From: Limisphaerales bacterium
Lineage (GTDB): Bacteria > Verrucomicrobiota > Verrucomicrobiia > Limisphaerales > SIBE01
Assembly: GCA_044225505.1 (NCBI GenBank)
Contig: JBGAIN010000016.1
Span: forward strand, 1 to 64,000
Length of the DNA: 64,000 nucleotides
Direction: 5' to 3'
Below are positions 39,962 through 47,471 of this stretch, in pieces (within the stretch, counting starts at the first letter, position 1; each line of letters begins with the position of its first letter). The notes below the pieces were generated by a model, which did no database searches, was not told the origin of the DNA, and saw nothing but the letters and a program-made list of their open reading frames with translations. The translations under genes and the position numbers were made by a program.

Positions 39962-40956
39962 AAGGCTTTTGCAAATAGGGCATAGCGCCGGAACACCGAC
40001 CCGTAGCGGGCACTGATGCTTTGGGATTTATTGGAAGAATGCATGAGCGCGTGGATCGCCTGACAGTACCCGAGTTTTCCGGCTTCACGTTGGTTTTCTG
40101 CGGCTAGGAGAGCCCCCAGTCCAGCGTAGGCCCTTTCCGGAGCGATGACGAGAGTCTTGATGATCACCGTATCGATGGGCTCGCCGCGGGCGGCCTGTAA
40201 AAAGTCGGGAATGGTGAAAACAAGTCCAACCGGCCGATCCTCGTGCTCTGCGATCATGATCAATTCCGGCCTCAGCACGGGCCGAATGGCACGATACTGT
40301 TCGATAAAATCGGCGATGTTTACCGGCGAGTAGAGGAGGTTTTGTTGAAAACTGGAAGTGATGAGTGGATAAAGACGCTCGAGCTCCTGATCAAAGCGAG
40401 CAAGATCCAAACAGCGAAATTGAACGCCTAGCTCCCTAAGACGATCCGCGGCCCGTCGACCGCGAGGCTCGTCGTAGTTCAGATTCGTATTCAGCCGGGA
40501 AACGTAGGTTGCTTCCACCGTGAATCCAGCGGCCCACCAGGCTTGCGGCCAATCCAGAGGGTTGTCTGGCTCGAGAAAAAAAGGCGGGCGTGATCCGCTT
40601 TCGACCACGAGCCGATAACGGCGCCAGGTGTTTCCGTCAATTGGGCCAACGGCCCAATTAACGTCCCGCCGCTGGAGTTCTTTGCAAGCATGTTGGAGAA
40701 GTCGAGCGCCATCGCTGGAGTTCTGCGCGGCGTAGTGGCCGATGATGCCAACCCGATGAGAGTCGTACGCGGGAGTCCGTTGCCACCATGCTGAACACCG
40801 AGCACTGGGACTGCCAGCGGCGTTCAACCAAACCCAATGAGCGTCGGGCCCATGCTGCGAGAAATCTGAGCAATGCCTGAACCATCCCGCAGAAATTCCG
40901 GCCAACTGCTGGACTTGGGCTTCGCTCTCAATCAAGACAGGATGATCCATCGTCAC
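39958..40956 (-). CDS. Tandem GNAT-fold N-acyltransferase (YghO-like)
   Basis: GIIGHY, AVGPIDGNTWRRYR, PFFLEPDNP, IIKTL..AGLGALL..AIHALMH; ATGA overlap with the ligase gene. Confidence 0.75.
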   Translation of the reverse strand: MTMDHPVLIESEAQVQQLAGISAGWFRHCSDFSQHGPDAHWVWLNAAGSPSARCSAWWQRTPAYDSHRVGIIGHYAAQNSSDGARLLQHACKELQRRDVNWAVGPIDGNTWRRYRLVVESGSRPPFFLEPDNPLDWPQAWWAAGFTVEATYVSRLNTNLNYDEPRGRRAADRLRELGVQFRCLDLARFDQELERLYPLITSSFQQNLLYSPVNIADFIEQYRAIRPVLRPELIMIAEHEDRPVGLVFTIPDFLQAARGEPIDTVIIKTLVIAPERAYAGLGALLAAENQREAGKLGYCQAIHALMHSSNKSQSISARYGSVFRRYALFAKAL

Positions 40957-40980
40957 GGTGCTCCAAGGAATTTCCGATCG

Positions 40981-42135
40981 TTAGAGGGGCTTGGACACTT
41001 CCTCGATAACCAAGGCACAGTAAAAGAAGGCTTTGTCCCGAGCGTGCAAATCCCGACTCTCCTCGGTCTTTGCGACCAGTTGACTTGTCAAGGCCGCCGG
41101 CCGGCGGCGGTCCACTAACGTATTCCAGTAGACAAGTCGTGCGCCGTCACGTCCGGCGCGGATCAATCGCTCGAGGACCGCTTGATAGTGTGCGGGCGAC
41201 ATGTACTCAAAGATGTCGCTCAAGTTAAACGCATCAAAGGCGCTGGCTTCAGTCGCATCCAGGTATTCCTCGACGGATTGGCAGTGCCATTCCAATCGAT
41301 CAAGATTGTCGCGAATAGTCTCAAAATGCTCTTGGCGCAAGGCCAGCGGTAAGGATGTGTCGTGCTGGCCTTTTAGAATCCAGGTTAGGTACGGATTCTC
41401 GGCCGGGCTCAGCACGGTGAGCGCGTGTTCGGCGCGCTGTAGGATCCGGTCGGCAACGGAGCCTTCGACAAATCTGAAAAAGCTCGGATCGCGGCCACAA
41501 CGGCCCATCACGAACCGGGAGAAGAAGAGTCGGAACATCAACTGCCAACGCCAGGTGTTCCAAGTGCGGTCATAGAAGTCAGCGCGCGCTTTCGAGGATT
41601 GGACGGCGAGCAGTTGTTCCACGCGTGCTTTGGAGTGTACCCATGGGAGCACCTGGGTGCGGAAAGTTTCAAAATAACGTTCGAACTTTCCGGCATTCCC
41701 AAATCCGCGAGCAATTTCGGCAGGTCGATCCGCCCAAAATTGTTGAACGCGTGCGGAAAGGTATTTTCGACAGCGCGCGTAAAGCTCCGGGCGGCGCTGG
41801 CTCGGGCGGGATCCCAGAAGTTCAAGCAGGCCGCCATGGTCAAGTGCGCGATAGGCGGCGACGCGTAGCTCGAGGCATGCGAGTTGGGCCGGGTTGAGAT
41901 CCAGGGCTACGACGCGCCTGGGATGTCGCGTCAGCAAAGCCAGGGTGTTATCGCCGGCCGAGGCGATCGAAAGACACGTCGCCCCCGGTTGCAGACGCAG
42001 CGCGTCCAGGAGAACGTCCGCGTCTTCCCAACATTGAGCATATCGAATGATGGAGAAGTCGGCGTGCTTCGCCGCTTCGCTGTGACGGGCAGCGGGAATC
42101 GGTTCAGATCGGGAATCCAGAGCGGCGAGACTCAT
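40981..42135 (-). CDS. DUF3419 / BtaA-like SAM-dependent 3-amino-3-carboxypropyl transferase
   Basis: IRYAQCWEDAD, LSIASAGDN, DLNPAQLA, GKFERYF, FNLSDIFEYM, RDKAFFY. Confidence 0.85.
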   Translation of the reverse strand: MSLAALDSRSEPIPAARHSEAAKHADFSIIRYAQCWEDADVLLDALRLQPGATCLSIASAGDNTLALLTRHPRRVVALDLNPAQLACLELRVAAYRALDHGGLLELLGSRPSQRRPELYARCRKYLSARVQQFWADRPAEIARGFGNAGKFERYFETFRTQVLPWVHSKARVEQLLAVQSSKARADFYDRTWNTWRWQLMFRLFFSRFVMGRCGRDPSFFRFVEGSVADRILQRAEHALTVLSPAENPYLTWILKGQHDTSLPLALRQEHFETIRDNLDRLEWHCQSVEEYLDATEASAFDAFNLSDIFEYMSPAHYQAVLERLIRAGRDGARLVYWNTLVDRRRPAALTSQLVAKTEESRDLHARDKAFFYCALVIEEVSKPL

Positions 42136-42147
42136 AGTGTGGGACCG

Positions 42148-42783
42148 TCACCGGCGGTGCGAATTCTTAGAGAGGCGTCCTGCCATGAAGCCTACGACCA
42201 GCCCAATGGCCAGCGTCGCGCCTGATCCCCAGTAGAGCGCTCCTTTCGCTGCATTGAGCAGCGGATTGTCGAGGATGTTGTTGGAGACGTGATATGCGCC
42301 CAACTGCCAGCGGCCGTTATCCTTTACGAGAGTCGCAGTCCAACGATTGGTAAAGTCGAAGTCTTTTCCGAACAACGCGTAATGAGCGACGGTATGGCCG
42401 AATGAGATTCCGGTATTTCCATGGAGAATAGTTAGTTCCTCGGGCGTTGGCGGAACGCGATAGCCTTTAAACGCATCTTTTCCCATGCGGTTAAAAAAAG
42501 TCCGCAGGCCGTCATGGCCGCGGCAGACTTCCGCGTTTTGCCAGGTCACGACGACGTTGGTATGCACATTGGCCAGAGTGCGATCGAAGTCGCCGTGCGT
42601 AATGGCATCCACCACGTTCGTCCGCAGTGCGCGGAGTTCCTGGTGCGCGGGATCTTCGGGAACTACTGGTTGTGCGGACGGTGTCAGTTGACAGGCGCTG
42701 ATCGTGAGAAGGAACACGAAGAGCTGAGGCTGACAGAAGCGGGAGCAATATTTGGTGTTAATGACAGGGACAAGGGGAGTCAT
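42148..42783 (-). CDS. NTF2/SnoaL-like (DUF4440) protein with export signal and C-terminal TM anchor
   Basis: ISAC lipobox-like signal; RGHDGLRTFF..RWTATLVKDNGRWQLGAYHVS; C-terminal hydrophobic helix. Confidence 0.75.
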   Translation of the reverse strand: MTPLVPVINTKYCSRFCQPQLFVFLLTISACQLTPSAQPVVPEDPAHQELRALRTNVVDAITHGDFDRTLANVHTNVVVTWQNAEVCRGHDGLRTFFNRMGKDAFKGYRVPPTPEELTILHGNTGISFGHTVAHYALFGKDFDFTNRWTATLVKDNGRWQLGAYHVSNNILDNPLLNAAKGALYWGSGATLAIGLVVGFMAGRLSKNSHRR

Positions 42784-42856
42784 AGGTTTGATTGGGAGGA
42801 TTGTGAGTTCGGGAGAATTATTGAAAAGCGGTGTGTCATCGGCAACGTTTCGTGCT

Positions 42857-44977
42857 CTAAAACTCTGGTGCGCCGAGTTCGACTCGGCCTTCGTCCGCCA
42901 TCAGTGAAATCTTGCTTCGATCGGCAATGCGTGTGGTGGCGTCCGAGACGCCTAGCACCGCGGGGATTCCATACTCGCGACAAATAATAGCGGCATGGGA
43001 AAGCAAGCCGCCGGTTTCGGTGACGACGCCAGCGACTCGGCTAAGAATCGGCGTCCATCCCGGATCTGTGAACGGACAGACTAGGATTGAGCCTGATTCC
43101 ACGGTGGCGGCATCTTCGACCGAACGAGCGACTCGGGCGACGCCGTGGACCGCGCCGCGACTCACGGCAATGCCCCGCAGGCTGCGGCCACCAACAGATG
43201 GCGCAGCGCTCACGGTCGATCCAATTTCGTTGGGCGCTTTGAAGTGTCGGTAGCTCTCGTAGTTGTGCCGGGCTAGGGCAAGGTGCGATCGGTCATTGTC
43301 GAGAATCTCACGAACGGTCATGAAGAAAATGTCGTCGCCCAGGCCGCGTCGCCGAGCGATGGCAAGGACATGCCGACGGAGCAGGTAATACATTTGGCTG
43401 GATAAATCGCGCATTTCCTCGCGCAACCATAAGAAGTGTCGAAGTCGGTCGAGTTTACGCGCGAACCGGCGCCGCTGATGCCAGGGCAGGCGAGCGATCG
43501 CATCCCGTCGTGCTTGCTCATAAACCAAACTTGGATCCGTTCCAGCGAATTTTGAATCTCGCTCGAATAAGCTCCGGACCCATTCCCGGTCCTCATCCCA
43601 GCGCGGTGCCCGAATATCAAGCTCCCGGCGGCTATGGTGCCGGAACCGGTGGAGGAATTGCTCGAATCCCAAATCGCCTCGGAGACGCATCTCAGCTGCA
43701 GATTCGGTCGGTTCGAAATGCCGCAACGGTGGCAGCCCTGCCACCAAACTGGGATAATCGGCTTCCGGAAACGCGTCGGAGAAATCGAGCTTCGCCAAGG
43801 ACGCGCAAAAGATCGTGCGAAAGTAATTGGACTCTGTGATTTGGTAGGCGTGCTCTACCAGACGACGGAACCCGAGCTCAGGGGGATCCGAAACCTCTTC
43901 AGCCCCACCAATCAATTCCGTAAAACCGCCGTTCAGGAAAGCCCGATCGAACTCTGCCTGTTTTTTCCACACGGAAGTCACAGCCCAAGCCGTCGGCAAT
44001 GCGCGGAGAAGGCCGCCGACCGTCACGGGAGTGCAGATACCGTCGCCGGAATACTGCCTGGGAATACTTAAGTCTTCGTCGAACTTTCGTTCATTGTAGC
44101 CGGGAAGTCTCTCTAAGCATCTTTTGACCGCACCGACGTTCCAATAAGGACGGCCGAAAAACATGCGTCCAGCTTGAAAGTCGCCTTCCAAGAGATGAAT
44201 TTCACGGAGAAAACCTTTGAGCGTCTTTTCCCAGATGAAGTCGTAGAGCGACCACATAAGCGGCGTGCAAACGCTGCTTGAAACTCCTCCGTCTCTGAAA
44301 TCGGCGTTGGTCCATAATCCGGTTTCAGGAGCAAAACAGATCCGAGTGATTGGCCGGGCTTGCAGGATGTAAAGTGCACCGTCTTGGATAGCAAACTCAA
44401 TGTCCTGCGGAGCTCCGAAATGGTGTTGGATCTGACGGGCGACAGCCGTGATCTGCGGTGAATACTTCCGGACGAGTTCATGGTTGGGCGATAGGGGCGC
44501 CCGAGTGCCGAGTAACAGTTTATCGGCCAATCCTTCACAAGCTTCGATGACGACTTCCTCCACCCCAGTGGCAGGGTTGATTGTAAATGCCACGCCTGCC
44601 AACTCCGGTTGGATCATTCGTTGAATGATGACTCCCATCTCAAGCGTGCGACTGTCGACGCCGTTTTGGCGGCAATACTCAAGGACTCCCGGGCTTCGGA
44701 GCGAGGACTGACACTGGTGGACAGCGGACCGCAACTCCTCCGCCGATACCAGATTCAAGAAACTCTTGAATTGGCCGGCGAACGAGACGGATTTGCCGTC
44801 CTCGACCGAGGCAGACGAACGCACCACCAGGGGCGTTCCCAACTGCTGGATGGCTTCGTCCAGGTCGCAGGGAAGGCAGACGAATTCTGGCACGGGAAAC
44901 CCAGCTTGGGCTAGCTCCGCCAAGGTCCTGGCTTTGCCACCTACAACCGCGGGCGGAATCACCTCAAACGGCCGCAT
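42857..44977 (-). CDS. PEP-utilising enzyme (PPDK-N ATP-grasp, substrate domain, His swivel); PigC/rifampin-phosphotransferase-like, compact copy
   Basis: VGGKA, VRSSASVEDG..SFAGQF, QDIEFA..ILQARPIT, TDPGWTP, GGLLSHAAIICREYGIPAV. Confidence 0.88.
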   Translation of the reverse strand: MRPFEVIPPAVVGGKARTLAELAQAGFPVPEFVCLPCDLDEAIQQLGTPLVVRSSASVEDGKSVSFAGQFKSFLNLVSAEELRSAVHQCQSSLRSPGVLEYCRQNGVDSRTLEMGVIIQRMIQPELAGVAFTINPATGVEEVVIEACEGLADKLLLGTRAPLSPNHELVRKYSPQITAVARQIQHHFGAPQDIEFAIQDGALYILQARPITRICFAPETGLWTNADFRDGGVSSSVCTPLMWSLYDFIWEKTLKGFLREIHLLEGDFQAGRMFFGRPYWNVGAVKRCLERLPGYNERKFDEDLSIPRQYSGDGICTPVTVGGLLRALPTAWAVTSVWKKQAEFDRAFLNGGFTELIGGAEEVSDPPELGFRRLVEHAYQITESNYFRTIFCASLAKLDFSDAFPEADYPSLVAGLPPLRHFEPTESAAEMRLRGDLGFEQFLHRFRHHSRRELDIRAPRWDEDREWVRSLFERDSKFAGTDPSLVYEQARRDAIARLPWHQRRRFARKLDRLRHFLWLREEMRDLSSQMYYLLRRHVLAIARRRGLGDDIFFMTVREILDNDRSHLALARHNYESYRHFKAPNEIGSTVSAAPSVGGRSLRGIAVSRGAVHGVARVARSVEDAATVESGSILVCPFTDPGWTPILSRVAGVVTETGGLLSHAAIICREYGIPAVLGVSDATTRIADRSKISLMADEGRVELGAPEF

Positions 44978-47471
44978 AACGCTCCTTTCGCAACTCGGGG
45001 GCCAGGATGCAATCTTGGTTCACGGCGGCTAATCCGAACCCATGTTTCTGGGCCATGAGTGCGACCCGTCGCAGGCCTTGTCCTGTGATTGCGCCTGTAA
45101 AGCTCATGTCTCGAACGTTTTCAAAACCAAGGAGGGCAGCCTCGGCCATGCACCCGTACGTTTGGCCTGGCGGCAATGGAAACCCGACGATCCCCAGGTC
45201 TTCGCCGCCCGGCAAGGAGGCGATGCCTCCGCGGAGCACGCGCAAATCCTGGCAGGGCTGATCGAGGCCCGAGGCCATAGCATTTGGGACGGACAAGTCG
45301 CAGACCACTGCTCCAGGTTTGAACTGTCCCGGGTGCAAAGTGACGTCGGCGGCATTGATGGCGATCAGCACCGTGTCTCCTAGTTGAACATCACCCAGTT
45401 GGTCGGTCACCTTGGATCGGGGTATGCCCCTCGCCAACTCCGATAGACGTCGCTGCGATCCAGGGCGATTGCTTCCAATCAGCACGGTTTCCCGATAGTT
45501 AGGCGCCAGAATCTCAGCGGCGGCGCGGCCGATATTGCCAGCGGCCCCCACAATGACAAGGGTGGCATCCTGCGGGAGCCGGTCTTGCGAGCGTTCGGCC
45601 CGAGCAATCGCCTGCAGCGCCAGCCAGAGCGCGTAGGTATTTCCGGTTGTCACTCCCATGCCATTGCCGTTCACGCGGACGCCGTTTTGCGTGGCGATGG
45701 ACGTGTACTGTCCGAGTGCGACGAGTTGGCATTTGAGCTCTCGCGCCAGGTCGACGCCGCGCTGCACCAGATGCGCGGCCGCGTGCCGACGTCCTGCGTC
45801 CAACTCTCGTTTGACCCACGCGGAGGTGAAAGGGAGCAAGATTGGGCAGAGCCAGACCTTTTCGCCAGTTCGAGATCGGATCTCGACGCCATTCATCGCG
45901 ATGGGCCACGCGCGGCCCAGCCCGCGTTCCAGGAAGGTTTCCCGGGCCTGTTGATTCCAGGCAGCGAATGCTGGATCCAGATGACGCAGGTCGTCAGCTT
46001 CAATCAAGTGGCAAATCCATCCGACGCGATTCCCGGCCGTGGAGCGAGTCTTTTCGAACTGAGCGGGTTCAAAGGCGAAGAAGTGTCCATCGCTCCGGAC
46101 GCAATGGGTGGCACTGGCCGCGGGTGTCTCGCCGAGGAATCGAGTCAGACTGGCGCCGTCTTGGGCGCGCAAGCACTGACAGACATTCTCCAACGCCGTT
46201 AACGTTCGTGCCTCCTCAATTTCCGTGAGCAACAAGGAGGGCTCGAAACGGAGTGTGAAACGATCGCTCAGCGTTGGCGCGACGCGGATCTGGTGCTGAT
46301 GCAGGAGGTATCCGGTAATGACAAACAGCAAGTCTTGCTGAGTCGAGAGGAAGCGCAGAACCATTCCGGCGGATGTTGCGATCGGTCGGAATTCAAGCCC
46401 GAGCATCAATCCGATCCCGCGGACATCTGCAATCACGTCGGGGAAACGCTCGGCCAATCCTCGCAAGGCCTGGCGAAATCCGTTCCCGCGATCAAGACAT
46501 TGCTTTAAAGCAGCCTCATCCAGGAGTTCCAAGACTTTAAGGGCGATCCCGCAGGAATAATCGTCGTCGGCGTAAGTGCTGGTATGTTTCAGATCGAACT
46601 CGTCGCGATACTGGCGACGCTCAACAAGCAAGGCCGAAATCTTCGCCAACCCTCCTCCGAGGGCCTTCGAGAGCACAATATAGTCTGGACGAACGCCGTG
46701 GTGTTCACAGGCGAGAAACCTTCCGGTGCGTCCGAGACCTGTCTGACACTCGTCCGCGATCAAGGGAATTCGTCGTTCGCCGCAGAGGCGTGCGGCCGTT
46801 TGAACAAAGTTGGAGTCGAGCAGTCGCACGCCACCTTCGCCCAGGACAGGTTCGAAGACGAATCCCGCCAAGTCCCGTTCGTTGGCAAATGCGGATTTAA
46901 GAGCTTCCATGTCGTTGGGCGTCACCCGCACGACTCGAGCTCGAGGCAAATCGAATGGCTCCCGATACTCGGGATTAGCCGTTAGTTGGAGCGCGCCGAG
47001 AGTCTTCCCGTGAAAACCTCTTTCCAAGGCGATGAACGTCGCATGCCCTGTCTGTAGCATGGCGTGTTTTAAAGCGGCTTCGACCGCTTCCGCTCCGGAA
47101 TTGGCAAAGACCGCATAATAATCCCCGCCCGCCCGGCGTGATAGTTCACTGGCCAATCGCTGGGCGAGAGGACGCACTGATCCTTGGACGTGGTGAGGCC
47201 GTTGTTCCGCGAGGAACCGAATGGCTTCGGCGGTGAGGATCGGATGGGCGTGTCCGAAGAGAAGAGACCCGTAGCCTCCCACGAGGTCGAGCACCTCGAC
47301 GAGGTCGGCCTTTTCGTTTCGATAGAACAGGCTGGTCCCCGCGCCTCGTTCATACGCGACATCCAATCGTAACGATTGCAGGAGTTGGTTGAGGCGGGGC
47401 TTGAAATGGCCGCTATGAGTGCCTGGAGGGCGCCCCGTGCGACTCAACTTGGAAACGTCATTAGTGGGCAT
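44964..47471 (-). CDS. Class III aminotransferase fused to an acyl-ACP/CoA-reductase-like domain (TamH-like)
   Basis: NSGAEAVEAALK, FHGKTLG, EPVLGEGG, DECQTGLGRTG, LSKALGGG; C-domain ALGQYTSI, TTGNT, VGAAGNIG, YGCMAEAALL; probable start MPTND at 47471. Confidence 0.85.
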   Translation of the reverse strand: MPTNDVSKLSRTGRPPGTHSGHFKPRLNQLLQSLRLDVAYERGAGTSLFYRNEKADLVEVLDLVGGYGSLLFGHAHPILTAEAIRFLAEQRPHHVQGSVRPLAQRLASELSRRAGGDYYAVFANSGAEAVEAALKHAMLQTGHATFIALERGFHGKTLGALQLTANPEYREPFDLPRARVVRVTPNDMEALKSAFANERDLAGFVFEPVLGEGGVRLLDSNFVQTAARLCGERRIPLIADECQTGLGRTGRFLACEHHGVRPDYIVLSKALGGGLAKISALLVERRQYRDEFDLKHTSTYADDDYSCGIALKVLELLDEAALKQCLDRGNGFRQALRGLAERFPDVIADVRGIGLMLGLEFRPIATSAGMVLRFLSTQQDLLFVITGYLLHQHQIRVAPTLSDRFTLRFEPSLLLTEIEEARTLTALENVCQCLRAQDGASLTRFLGETPAASATHCVRSDGHFFAFEPAQFEKTRSTAGNRVGWICHLIEADDLRHLDPAFAAWNQQARETFLERGLGRAWPIAMNGVEIRSRTGEKVWLCPILLPFTSAWVKRELDAGRRHAAAHLVQRGVDLARELKCQLVALGQYTSIATQNGVRVNGNGMGVTTGNTYALWLALQAIARAERSQDRLPQDATLVIVGAAGNIGRAAAEILAPNYRETVLIGSNRPGSQRRLSELARGIPRSKVTDQLGDVQLGDTVLIAINAADVTLHPGQFKPGAVVCDLSVPNAMASGLDQPCQDLRVLRGGIASLPGGEDLGIVGFPLPPGQTYGCMAEAALLGFENVRDMSFTGAITGQGLRRVALMAQKHGFGLAAVNQDCILAPELRKERYAAV

